Positions 18,985-28,014 of a stretch of 40,893 bases of DNA are shown piece after piece. Every line of letters starts with the position of its first letter. The stretch's first letter is position 1. A program made the position numbers and the translations under genes. Source of the DNA: a phage; sequence record PZ513996.1. One strand, given 5' to 3'. The notes beneath the pieces are model-generated. The model searched no databases and had not been told where the DNA came from. It saw only the letters and a program-made list of their open reading frames with translations.

Positions 18985-19506
18985 ATGAAGAAGGCAGCTA
19001 GCGACTACGGTATAGCTTGGGAAGATTACTTCCAATATGAGGACGGGCAGTTACTGTGGAAGGTAGCTGCTGCTCGACGGATAAAAGTTGGCACTGAAGC
19101 AGGTACGCCCAGCGGTTCTGAGGGTAGGTTATCTGTAGCACTGAAGGGTACCAATTGGTATGTTCACAGGATTGTATGGGAACTGCATAACGGCGCTATT
19201 CCTTTTAACCTAGAAGTAGCTCATGTGGACAGGGATGTTCTTAATAACAGAATTGAAAATCTTAGGTTAGTCACATGTGCAGAGAACCAGCGGAACAGAA
19301 GTATTCAGCGTAATAATAAATCTGGAATTGCAGGTGTAACCTGGGTGTCTAGGCTATGCAAGTGGCAGGTGTATATAAATGTAGAAGGGTCTCGTAAGCA
19401 CTTGGGGGTCTATCCGGAGCTATTAGAGGCAGTAGCCTGTCGTATGGCTGCATTAAGGGAATATGACTACTGCCTAAGTCACTGGAGATTAAAGTATGCT
19501 GATTAA
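18985..19506 (+). CDS. HNH homing endonuclease with AP2-like DNA-binding domain
   Basis: 173 aa; VHRIVWELHNG...AHVDRDVLNNRIENLRLVTCAENQRN HNH motif, then GVTWVSRLCKWQVYI AP2-like segment. Confidence 0.7.
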   Translation: MKKAASDYGIAWEDYFQYEDGQLLWKVAAARRIKVGTEAGTPSGSEGRLSVALKGTNWYVHRIVWELHNGAIPFNLEVAHVDRDVLNNRIENLRLVTCAENQRNRSIQRNNKSGIAGVTWVSRLCKWQVYINVEGSRKHLGVYPELLEAVACRMAALREYDYCLSHWRLKYAD

Positions 19507-19881
19507 ATGACTGATAAAGTACTTAACCATTACACTGAACTCTGCAACTCTGTGTCTGACTTTGTAGTTAGCCTGTACACCTCAGATGAAAGTCTGGGCG
19601 TATGTGATATTAAGGCTGCTCTCTGGGCAGTCGCTGAAGACTTTGGCATCACGGCTGATGAGGTCGTACAGGTCCTGAAGGATAACAACGACATTACAGC
19701 TCAGGCTGGTAAGCTGACTGGTGATGAGCTAGTGTATGTTCGTATCACTGGTAGCCTGTTCGCTCACGTAAGTAATATCGCCTCAATCATCTACGACATT
19801 GAGCAGGGTCTGCACGCAGTAGGTGCTATCAATGAGATGATTGGTACACTCTTAATCTTGGAAGAAATGGGCTACATCTGA
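19507..19881 (+). CDS. hypothetical protein
   Basis: 124 aa ORF. Confidence 0.3.
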   Translation: MTDKVLNHYTELCNSVSDFVVSLYTSDESLGVCDIKAALWAVAEDFGITADEVVQVLKDNNDITAQAGKLTGDELVYVRITGSLFAHVSNIASIIYDIEQGLHAVGAINEMIGTLLILEEMGYI

Positions 19882-20682
19882 ATGACTATCAATCTGAACG
19901 CACTGTCTTCCCTCGTTAACGAAACCGTAGCTACTCAGGGCATCGACCAGTCAGTAACACAGGCTGGCGGTAACTTCGCTGATGTACTGCTTCCGCGTGG
20001 TACTTACTTTGGTCGCTTCATGGAGTACATCGAGTTAGGTAAAAAGATTCCTATGCACATGGGTAAGCCGACTGGCAAGCCAGCAGTAATGAACGTGCGC
20101 TTAGGCTTCATCGTTTACACCCCTGATGGTTCTATCAAGCGTATTAATCCGTTCCCAATGGCCATTAGCAGCTTCGAGAAAGCTAAGTTTAAACAAGTCT
20201 TCGACAAGATGAACTATGACGGCACGCTGAAGCACATGGCACAACGTCTAGGCCAAGCGTTCATGTTTGAGGTTGAGCAGTACACCAGTAAGGCTGGTAA
20301 GACTTCTAACACCATCGACTTCCTGAGTCTGCGTACTCTACCTAAGTTTGACCCGCAGACTGGCGCTCCGGTAGAGCTGCCAGCATTGGACGAATCAGGT
20401 CTTCGTCTGTTCCTGTTTGATAACCCGACTAAAGAAACTTGGGATTCTCTGCATATTGAGAAGAACAATTTTCTGCAAGAAGATATTTTAAGCGCTGTTA
20501 ACTTCGAAGGCTCGGCTCTTCAGCAGATGCTAATGGGCGATGTTCCTGACATGGCGGCTATGGCTGCACCTGCTTCAGTATCTGCACCTGCTGCACCTGC
20601 TGCACCTGCTGCACCTGCTGCTCCAGTAGCTCCAGTAGCTCCAGCCGCACCTACATTCGCTGTTGTTCCTCCTGCACTTTAA
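19882..20682 (+). CDS. hypothetical protein with C-terminal Pro/Ala repeat
   Basis: 266 aa; C-terminus APASVSAPAAPAAPAAPAAPVAPVAPAAP low-complexity tail. Confidence 0.3.
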   Translation: MTINLNALSSLVNETVATQGIDQSVTQAGGNFADVLLPRGTYFGRFMEYIELGKKIPMHMGKPTGKPAVMNVRLGFIVYTPDGSIKRINPFPMAISSFEKAKFKQVFDKMNYDGTLKHMAQRLGQAFMFEVEQYTSKAGKTSNTIDFLSLRTLPKFDPQTGAPVELPALDESGLRLFLFDNPTKETWDSLHIEKNNFLQEDILSAVNFEGSALQQMLMGDVPDMAAMAAPASVSAPAAPAAPAAPAAPVAPVAPAAPTFAVVPPAL

Positions 20683-21669
20683 ATGCCACGCATTAACGCT
20701 ATTAAGCTGTTCACTAAAGAGCAACACCAAGAGATTCTCAGCAAGTACAAATCCAACGCTGAGGCAGCGGCAGCTTATAACAAGGCATCTGGTCTGAGCG
20801 AGCCAGTAGCTTACCGTCAACTGGTTAAATACTGGCGCAGAATTTATGAGGCAGCTAATGGCAGTAAAGCAAAAGCTAACAAGGGTTTGGTTGAAGCTCG
20901 TAAACTCATCCAGCCTTCCCCGACCGATGATATAGGAACTACTGACGTACCTGAGATGTGCCATCGCATCCTTGTGGTCGGAGACTTGCACGCTCCTTAT
21001 ACTCATCCTGACGCTCTTGACTTCCTTAGCAGCGTCCGGGATAGCTATGCTCCTGACATGGTAGTGCAGGTAGGTGATGAGACAGATGGGCACGCTATCA
21101 GCTTCCACAACTCTGACCCTGACCTAGACAGCGCAGGGGTTGAGCTGGAGAAAGCTAAGATGGTACTGGAGAAGGTGCATGCACTATTCCCTAACCTACT
21201 GGTATGTGACTCTAACCACGGCTCACTTATCTATCGCAGAGCCAAGGCGCATGGCCTTCCGGTACAGTTCATCAAGAAGTACCGCGACATACTGTTCCCT
21301 GAGCATGGTGCTAAGAAGTGGTCTTGGTCAGATGCGTGGGTACTGAATACTCCGCTAGGCCCGGTTCGTTTTCAACACCAAGTAGCCGGTGACTTGCTGA
21401 TTAATGCTGCTCATGAGCGGATGTCTATGGTAATAGGTCACTTCCATGGAGCCTTCGATGTAACTTATAAAGCAAGTTCAACATCGCTGTACTTCGGGGC
21501 GCATGCCGGCTGCTTAATTGACCATAAGGCAATGGCATTTGCTTACGGGAAGCTAAGCCGTAACAAACCGATTCTGGGAATTTTAACAATAACTGAAGGC
21601 TGTCCAAGCCTAGTACCTATGCTTCTAGATGATGAGGGTCGTTGGATTGGAAGAAACAAACGTACTTAA
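20683..21669 (+). CDS. calcineurin-like metallophosphoesterase
   Basis: 328 aa; VVGDLHAPY, GDETDGH, DSNHG, GHFHG phosphoesterase motifs in canonical order. Confidence 0.7.
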   Translation: MPRINAIKLFTKEQHQEILSKYKSNAEAAAAYNKASGLSEPVAYRQLVKYWRRIYEAANGSKAKANKGLVEARKLIQPSPTDDIGTTDVPEMCHRILVVGDLHAPYTHPDALDFLSSVRDSYAPDMVVQVGDETDGHAISFHNSDPDLDSAGVELEKAKMVLEKVHALFPNLLVCDSNHGSLIYRRAKAHGLPVQFIKKYRDILFPEHGAKKWSWSDAWVLNTPLGPVRFQHQVAGDLLINAAHERMSMVIGHFHGAFDVTYKASSTSLYFGAHAGCLIDHKAMAFAYGKLSRNKPILGILTITEGCPSLVPMLLDDEGRWIGRNKRT

Positions 21670-22251
21670 ATGAACTATCAAGAAATCTGCGAAAAGTATA
21701 AGTTAGGAAGACTGCACAGCGTTGACCTGCGCCGCGCTAACCTGCGCGACGCTGACCTGCGCGACGCTGACCTGAGCAGTGCTAACCTGCGCGACGTTGA
21801 CCTGCGCGGCGCTAACCTGCGCTACGCTAACCTGCGCGGCGCTGACCTGACCGGCACTGACCTGCGCGGCGCTGACCTGAGCGGCGCTGACCTGCGCGAC
21901 GTTGACCTGCGCGGCGCTGACCTGCGCGGCGCTGACCTGACCGGCACTGACCTGCGCGACGCTGACCTGCGCGAAGCTGACCTGCGCAGCGCTAACCTGC
22001 GCCGCGCTGACCTGCGCGGCGCCAAGACTGTCATTATATACGGAGAAACGTACTTCATTAGTATCTGTAATGACATAGTGCGTGTAGGATGTCAGCAGCA
22101 TACGGCAGCAGAGTGGCGCAGCTTCAGTAAGCGCCAGGTTGCGGAAATGGACGGTAAGAGTTCGCTGAAGTATTATCCACGCTTACTAGACCTGATTGAC
22201 TTTTACTGCGGTAAGGGTGAGCGTCCTGATTGGGTTAATGTAAGCGAATAA
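21670..22251 (+). CDS. pentapeptide-repeat protein with C-terminal globular domain
   Basis: 193 aa; ~20 consecutive A(D/N)L(R/S/T)x pentapeptides ([20 protein letters not shown]...), then a 70-aa non-repeat C-terminus. Confidence 0.85.
   Translation: MNYQEICEKYKLGRLHSVDLRRANLRDADLRDADLSSANLRDVDLRGANLRYANLRGADLTGTDLRGADLSGADLRDVDLRGADLRGADLTGTDLRDADLREADLRSANLRRADLRGAKTVIIYGETYFISICNDIVRVGCQQHTAAEWRSFSKRQVAEMDGKSSLKYYPRLLDLIDFYCGKGERPDWVNVSE
21715..22021 (+). repeat. coding tandem repeat array, 15-nt period (gctgacctgcgcggc-like), pentapeptide-repeat gene 1
   Basis: near-identical 15-mers at nucleotide level; generates spurious long ORFs on the opposite strand. Confidence 0.9.
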
Positions 22252-22440
22252 ATGAAAGTTCGCATTCTTAACTACAGTGCATATGGTGTAGGCGAGATGT
22301 TCGAGTACATGGATAGATTCCCGGTAGGCAGTGTTCACGAAGTATATGAGTTCTTCCCTGACACAGGAGAGGTTGATTTAGGAGATGAAGATGAGGAGTT
22401 TACTTTTGCACCCTCTGAGTATGAAGTTGTGGAGAAGTAG
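22252..22440 (+). CDS. hypothetical small acidic protein
   Basis: 62 aa; C-terminal DLGDEDEEFTFAPSEYEVVEK. Confidence 0.3.
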   Translation: MKVRILNYSAYGVGEMFEYMDRFPVGSVHEVYEFFPDTGEVDLGDEDEEFTFAPSEYEVVEK

Positions 22441-22558
22441 GTGCACGGGAGGAACCGCTCAAGCTCGTACTATCTACCCAGAGCTTTCAGGAGGGCACCG
22501 GGATTAAAGTCCCCGGTGACTATCAATCCGCTTTGCTATCTGCATCTCGTCTTGATGA

Positions 22559-22607
22559 AATGAATGACCTTGCACATTATTTTATTGGGATGGAACAAGA
22601 TGGCTAA
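22559..22607 (+). repeat. 49-nt duplicate of 24849..24897 (aatgaatgaccttgcacattattttattgggatggaacaagatggctaa)
   Basis: read directly; duplicates the 3' end of the exonuclease-domain ORF across the start of the polymerase-domain ORF. Confidence 0.85.
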
Positions 22608-23751
22608 GTTAGCTTCAGACTTCTTCAAAACATACAAAGAAATGACTACACGCCAGAAGGACCTCGGCTTCTATGAAGTACGTGAGACTAATAAGGATGG
22701 CAGTCTGCGTAAGGTGACGGGCATGCTGCCGTACGTCATCCCTACATCAGCAGATGGTTCTGGCATCATTCACCACAGGTCGAATCACTGCTCAACTACT
22801 ACCGGACGCCTGTCAACATCTAACCCGAACATGCAGCAGCTGCCGCGTGAGTCTAAGGTTAAGCAGATTCTGCGTAGCCGCTATGGTGAGCAGGGTATGA
22901 TTGCACAGTGTGACTACTCAGCTATGGAGGTTGTAATGGGCTGTGTAATCACTGGTGATAAGAAATTACTGAGCTTGCTTGAAGCCGGTACGGATATGCA
23001 CTGCTATCGTCTAGCATTCCAAGAAGGTATGCCTTATGAAGAAGTCTACGAGCTTTGCCATAACCTGGATGCACCGGACCATAAAGGATGGAAGAAGAAG
23101 CGAACAGCCATCAAAACCTTCAGCTTCGCAGCACAATATGGAGCATCCGCTAAAGGACTGGCGTTCGCCTCAGGTGCTAGCTTAGCCGACGCTGAGAAGT
23201 TCTTAGCTAACGAGGAGGCACTATTCCCTGAGTCTATTAAGTACAGGGATGTCATTGCAGCTGAAGTAAACCGTACTGCGCTGCTGGAGCCTATACGCCG
23301 TGAACAAGCAGATGACGGCAGCTGGCGTATCTATCGCGAGGGCTACTTCACTACGCCTTGCGGTACTCGCTACCGCTTCCGTCAGAAGCCGGTGTGGCGC
23401 GAAGGTAAGCAGGTAATGGACTTTAAGCCCACAGAGATGGCTAACTATCCGTTTCAAGGATCAGGTTCCCTGCTTATGCTTATTGCAACCGGAATGGCTA
23501 TGAGGGCTGGTATAGCTGACAATTGGATGGGGGGTAAATGGTGTTTGCTGGTTACCGTCCATGACTGTTTGTACATAGATTGTGCTGACGAAGAGACGGC
23601 CCGTAAGGCGGGTAAGCTCATCAAAAACGTTATGGAAGGAGCCCGTGATAGGATGCTACAGCTGTGGCCTAACTTTGGCATACTGTCTGAAGTTAAGTTT
23701 CCCGCTGAATGTGAGATTGGTAAGTCCTTTAAAGGGGAGATGGTAATTTAA
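22564..23751 (+). CDS. DNA polymerase, family A, polymerase (palm/fingers) domain ORF
   Basis: 395 aa; GRLSTSNPNMQQLP, DYSAMEV (motif A), KRTAIKTFSFAAQYG (motif B), VHD (motif C). Confidence 0.8.
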   Translation: MTLHIILLGWNKMAKLASDFFKTYKEMTTRQKDLGFYEVRETNKDGSLRKVTGMLPYVIPTSADGSGIIHHRSNHCSTTTGRLSTSNPNMQQLPRESKVKQILRSRYGEQGMIAQCDYSAMEVVMGCVITGDKKLLSLLEAGTDMHCYRLAFQEGMPYEEVYELCHNLDAPDHKGWKKKRTAIKTFSFAAQYGASAKGLAFASGASLADAEKFLANEEALFPESIKYRDVIAAEVNRTALLEPIRREQADDGSWRIYREGYFTTPCGTRYRFRQKPVWREGKQVMDFKPTEMANYPFQGSGSLLMLIATGMAMRAGIADNWMGGKWCLLVTVHDCLYIDCADEETARKAGKLIKNVMEGARDRMLQLWPNFGILSEVKFPAECEIGKSFKGEMVI

Positions 23752-24897
23752 ATGAGTAGCATTCTAATTTGGGATATTGAAACTCAAAATCATCCGTACT
23801 ACGGCGGGGTCGCAACTCCGTACTGCCCTGATAACTACATCGTAGAATCAGGCTTCCGCATCGATAGGACTATGCCGGATGGGACTGTACAGTGCAGCGA
23901 GGTGCAGAGTGTACGCTATGAATCCCGAACTGATTTCTTAGCAGCTGACCCTAAGCAGTGGCTACCTATTCAGGATGATACGTGGTTAATCGTAGCGCAC
24001 AACGCAGCGTACGAGATTAGCTGGGCGCTGACCTTTGCCCGTGAGCAGTTCGAGTCGTTCCTTAGACGAGGAGGTCGAGTCTTTGATACTATGCAGGGCG
24101 AGTACATTGCCAGCGACTTCCAGAATCTTTACCCGTCACTAGATGAGACTGCCCCTAAGTATGGCGGGTCACACAAAGTCGACGGCGTTAAGCTACTATG
24201 GCAGCAAGGGGTTCTGACAGCAGACATTGACCCTATGCTACTACATGAATACTTAACAGGGCCTAACGGTGACATAGTCAACACAGCGCTGTGCTTCTAC
24301 GGGCAATGCGCAGTATTTGCGGAACGTGGACAGATGCCTATGGTCTGGGAAAGGATGGAGGCAGTCGCAGCTCTGGCATACTGTGAGTTCAATGGCGTGT
24401 ACGTTGATATGCCTACAGCCAGAGCTAATCAGAAGGAGCAGGAGGACGCTATTCGGAATCTGCGGGAGTTACTTCAGACATTCTTGCCAGAATTGCCAGA
24501 GGGCTTCGAGTTTAAATGGAATAGCGGTTATCATATGTCCGCTTTAGTGTATGGCGGCACGGTTAAGTACAAGTGCAAGGTTCCTTATGACCCACCTAAA
24601 TACATTAAGAAGGAAGTACAGGACGGGGTGTATAAGTCTGGGCGTAATAAGGGTATGCCTAAGTTCATAAAAGTAGACACTGACGAGCAAGCTATGAAGT
24701 GGGGTGAACGCCTGTACCGCTTCGACGGGCTGGTTAATATTCAGGACCTACCTCAGTCTCTACGTGAGAAGTACGGAGACCGCGGTGAATACAAAGGTGC
24801 TCAAACATTAGCGGATGGTAGCCCTGTGTACAGCACAGGAATGGACGCAATGAATGACCTTGCACATTATTTTATTGGGATGGAACAAGATGGCTAA
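23752..24897 (+). CDS. DNA polymerase, family A, 3'-5' exonuclease domain ORF
   Basis: 381 aa; IWDIET (Exo I DxE) and AHNAAYE (Exo II-like); 3' end shares 49 nt with the region upstream of and overlapping the polymerase-domain ORF start. Confidence 0.75.
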   Translation: MSSILIWDIETQNHPYYGGVATPYCPDNYIVESGFRIDRTMPDGTVQCSEVQSVRYESRTDFLAADPKQWLPIQDDTWLIVAHNAAYEISWALTFAREQFESFLRRGGRVFDTMQGEYIASDFQNLYPSLDETAPKYGGSHKVDGVKLLWQQGVLTADIDPMLLHEYLTGPNGDIVNTALCFYGQCAVFAERGQMPMVWERMEAVAALAYCEFNGVYVDMPTARANQKEQEDAIRNLRELLQTFLPELPEGFEFKWNSGYHMSALVYGGTVKYKCKVPYDPPKYIKKEVQDGVYKSGRNKGMPKFIKVDTDEQAMKWGERLYRFDGLVNIQDLPQSLREKYGDRGEYKGAQTLADGSPVYSTGMDAMNDLAHYFIGMEQDG

Positions 24898-24914
24898 ATG
24901 CTAAAGCAAAGTGA
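24898..24914 (+). repeat. 17-nt duplicate (atgctaaagcaaagtga) of 25196..25212
   Basis: read directly. Confidence 0.85.
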
Positions 24915-25050
24915 TATTACTGAGGCAGACTACGAAGTCATCAGAGCAATTGCTAACAATCGTAAGCAGGTTAGGCGCTACACGCTGGACAGTAGCGAGA
25001 TGATTGTACGGGCAGCCATTAATAAATCACGTCGGAGTAATTGGAAATGA
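24898..25050 (+). CDS. hypothetical small protein
   Basis: 50 aa; first 17 nt duplicated at the 3' end of the next ORF. Confidence 0.25.
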   Translation: MLKQSDITEADYEVIRAIANNRKQVRRYTLDSSEMIVRAAINKSRRSNWK

Positions 25051-25212
25051 ATGACATTACATGAAGCAGCTTTAAAATTAATAGAGTTGGAGCAGGGGGA
25101 TTCAGGAATGTTCGAACTGGATGAGGATACTATTGTTGAGTTAGTCGAGTGCCTTAAATCCCATCTAGCTGGCCTTAAAGGTGAGGTGAATAACAATGCT
25201 AAAGCAAAGTGA
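25051..25212 (+). CDS. hypothetical small acidic protein
   Basis: 53 aa ORF. Confidence 0.25.
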   Translation: MTLHEAALKLIELEQGDSGMFELDEDTIVELVECLKSHLAGLKGEVNNNAKAK

Positions 25213-25638
25213 ATGAGTAATTGCATAGAGCATAATCAGAAAGGTAATAAGGCTGGTTATGGTAATGGGTATTGGGAAGGGGAACAGGTAATGCTGCACA
25301 GGCTGGCCTACTGTTTTAATAAGCAGATTCCAGTCAGCCAGATAAAAGGTAGCGTAGTGATGCACACTTGCGATAACCCAAGATGTGTTAATCCTGAACA
25401 CTTAAGGTTAGGTAGTCAGGATGATAACATGAAGGATATGCAAGGAAAGGGGCGTATGAGTAAAGGAAGTCAGCACTACATATCTAAGCTTACTGAGGAT
25501 GCAGTACGTTACATTCGAGAGAACTATGTGCCGCGACATCCTGAGTTTGGAGGTAGGGCATTAGCCCTTAAATTCGGAGTAGACCCTGCTACAGTATGTG
25601 AGGCACGTACTGGTAAGAAGTGGAAAGCCGTAGTATAG
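25213..25638 (+). CDS. HNH homing endonuclease
   Basis: 141 aa; HTCDNPRCVNPEHLRLGSQDDNMKD HNH signature. Confidence 0.7.
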   Translation: MSNCIEHNQKGNKAGYGNGYWEGEQVMLHRLAYCFNKQIPVSQIKGSVVMHTCDNPRCVNPEHLRLGSQDDNMKDMQGKGRMSKGSQHYISKLTEDAVRYIRENYVPRHPEFGGRALALKFGVDPATVCEARTGKKWKAVV

Positions 25639-26913
25639 ATGGACTTTAATTTACTACGCGCTTTCTGTGAACGTAAGATAATGGACAGGTTGTATGAGCA
25701 GACACCTAAGTCTCTGTTAGCACCTGATACAGTAGCGATGATTGGTTGGCTGCAACTGTACTTTGCAACTTACCCTGACTCTAACGAAGTTAACTTTGAG
25801 ACGATGAATACGCTCTTGGATATGCGCGGTACGCATCTTCAGAAAGAGCAGATGGATATCCTGAAGCATATGCTTAAGACTATCCAGAACGTACCTAACG
25901 AGCTTGTAGCTGGTACAGTTAAGACTCTGAACGAGCTGGCTTACTCAGGTGAGATGGCTGCGCTTGTAAGTAAGTATCAGGCAGGAGGGGAAATAGATTT
26001 CGTACAAGAAGCTAAAGCGCTTGAGCGTAAGTACTCAGGCGTAGCAGCTGCTAATGATTCATTATTGAAATGGGAAGACGGAGGTGTAGATGATATCCTT
26101 GCAGCTACTGATGAAAGCGGCGGGTTACAGCTTACTGTATTCTCTGAGTTATCTCGGAACATTCGCGGCCTGCGTGGTGGTGATTGCGTCGCTGTTGCTG
26201 CACCAGTGGACGCGGGAAAGACGAGTCTGCTTGCTGCTACCGTTGTCTCGCTTGCAGAGCAGATGCATCAAAGCCCTGACATCTACTCTGACAGACCTAT
26301 ACTCTGGTTAGTGAACGAATCACTAGCTAAGCGTACTGTTCCGCGTATCTATCAGGCAGCTACTGGACTTACCTTGCAGCAGATTGTTGAGCAGCATAAA
26401 GAAGGTAAGTTCGCTGATAAGTATCTGAAGAAGGTTGGGACGTGGGATAAGATTCGCGTTAAGGATGCGCATAGCATTGGGCTCGGGCAGATTAGCAGTC
26501 TGCTGGAAGAGATGCGCCCAGCTGTGCTGGTGGTGGACATGGTAAGTAACATCAAAGGCGGGAACGCTGAATCTGAATACCAGGCATTAGAGCAGAAGTG
26601 GCAGCAGTTACGAATCTTAGGATGCGAACACGACTGTATAATCTTAGGAACTGTGCAGCTGTCAGTCGAAGGGTATGACTGTATGTACCCCCCGCTGACA
26701 GCGCTGAAAGGTTCTAAGATAGGAATTCAAGGGGCTTTAGATTTGTGTATTATGATGGGTCGCATGAATGTTAACGATAGGCCGGATATGGCTACGGTAC
26801 GTGGAATCTCGACACCAAAAAATAAGCTAGGACTGTCAGGCAGTCCAGCGTATGTTCAATTTCAGGTAGAGTTTAACGGTGGTACATGTCAATTTAGCGA
26901 GGGGTTAGCATGA
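25639..26913 (+). CDS. DnaB-like replicative DNA helicase
   Basis: 424 aa; Walker A AAPVDAGKTSLL, Walker B-like VLVVDMV, RecA-like core. Confidence 0.8.
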   Translation: MDFNLLRAFCERKIMDRLYEQTPKSLLAPDTVAMIGWLQLYFATYPDSNEVNFETMNTLLDMRGTHLQKEQMDILKHMLKTIQNVPNELVAGTVKTLNELAYSGEMAALVSKYQAGGEIDFVQEAKALERKYSGVAAANDSLLKWEDGGVDDILAATDESGGLQLTVFSELSRNIRGLRGGDCVAVAAPVDAGKTSLLAATVVSLAEQMHQSPDIYSDRPILWLVNESLAKRTVPRIYQAATGLTLQQIVEQHKEGKFADKYLKKVGTWDKIRVKDAHSIGLGQISSLLEEMRPAVLVVDMVSNIKGGNAESEYQALEQKWQQLRILGCEHDCIILGTVQLSVEGYDCMYPPLTALKGSKIGIQGALDLCIMMGRMNVNDRPDMATVRGISTPKNKLGLSGSPAYVQFQVEFNGGTCQFSEGLA

Positions 26914-27684
26914 ATGGCTAACGAGCAATGGCTTAGAGCAGCACAGAGATTGGCTGTTGGTCAAACTGAAAGATTCCGATGCTGCGGTAAAACAGCAGCA
27001 GCAGTAATCAGGAACGAGCCAGATAAGTGGACTTGCTCTTGCTTCAGATGCAAGTCATATCATTCAGAGCGTAAGCAGTACGCTCAATTAGCAGTACCAG
27101 AAGTGCTGGGGCGTGAGTTAGCCGCCCCTCAGGACCTGAAGCCGCTGCCTGAACTGGACGTAGGGCTTCAGCAGTTCCTATACGGATTCTTAATACAGAA
27201 AGGCATCTGGCCTGATATGGTCGGCGACGTTTATTACTCAGAACAATACAAGAGGTTAGTGTGGAAATTATCAACGGGAAGTTACATAGCAAGAGCACTG
27301 CACGAGTACCAGCATCCGAAGTGGGTGATGCTAGGGAAGTCATTACAGTGGGTGCAGCTTGGGAATACTGGAACCATAACGATACTGACCGAGGACTACC
27401 TTTCAGCGCTGAAGGTTCAGCAGGTCTTGGAGAAGTATTCTTCACAGACTGCTCAGGCAATAGCTTTGCTTGGGACGAAGTTTCCGCTTGGGCTTAAGGC
27501 CCAACTTATTAAAGAAGGTAAGCCAGTAATCTGTATGTTAGACGATGACCGTGCAGGTTGGAACGGCACGGTTTCAATTACTAAGCAACTTAAGCCCTTC
27601 GTGCCCGTGCATGATAGGCATCTGAACGTAGACCCAAAGGCTGCTCAATGCAGCCAAATACTTGGAGCACTTGATGGACTTTAA
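26914..27684 (+). CDS. DNA primase (zinc-ribbon + TOPRIM-like)
   Basis: 256 aa; Cys cluster FRCCGK...WTCSCFRC and acidic ICMLDDDRAG motif. Confidence 0.5.
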   Translation: MANEQWLRAAQRLAVGQTERFRCCGKTAAAVIRNEPDKWTCSCFRCKSYHSERKQYAQLAVPEVLGRELAAPQDLKPLPELDVGLQQFLYGFLIQKGIWPDMVGDVYYSEQYKRLVWKLSTGSYIARALHEYQHPKWVMLGKSLQWVQLGNTGTITILTEDYLSALKVQQVLEKYSSQTAQAIALLGTKFPLGLKAQLIKEGKPVICMLDDDRAGWNGTVSITKQLKPFVPVHDRHLNVDPKAAQCSQILGALDGL

Positions 27685-28014
27685 ATGTTACCAGTAGAAG
27701 AAGTAACAGAGCAGTACTGGCGTATGCTCGAGAGCCAGAGCAGCTTAGGCCTTAAGACGTTAAAGGACGTACCGATTGAACTGCGTAAGCTCTGCCCTTT
27801 AAAATGGTGCAGGGACTACGATACTAAGGAAGGTATGCGGTTGTTGGTAGGTTATTATAAGTATGATGCTGAAAGGGCCTCAGAGGTCCTGCGACGCATC
27901 AATTTCGATATAGTAAGGCAGTTGCAGCAGCTGGGGTATGAGGGCGCTAAGCAGGCGTTTAAGGCTGCTTGCATTGAGTATTATGAATGGCAGACATCCT
28001 ACAGAGGCATCTAA
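27685..28014 (+). CDS. hypothetical protein
   Basis: 109 aa ORF. Confidence 0.3.
   Translation: MLPVEEVTEQYWRMLESQSSLGLKTLKDVPIELRKLCPLKWCRDYDTKEGMRLLVGYYKYDAERASEVLRRINFDIVRQLQQLGYEGAKQAFKAACIEYYEWQTSYRGI

Noticed and set aside
21715-22021. Possible CRISPR-like array because of regular short repeats
   Set aside because: Period is 15 nt with no spacers, and the repeats encode in-frame pentapeptides.
21703-22101. Long minus-strand ORFs (21703..22101, 21822..22076) rich in AQVS or RRSA repeats
   Set aside because: Mirror-frame artefacts of the 15-nt coding tandem repeats of the + strand pentapeptide-repeat gene.
2030-27497. Plus-strand ORFs in frames 2 and 3 nested in larger genes (e.g. 2030..2296, 9356..9592, 14783..15223, 26090..26311)
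   Set aside because: Low-complexity or non-protein-like translations inside well-supported frame-1 genes.
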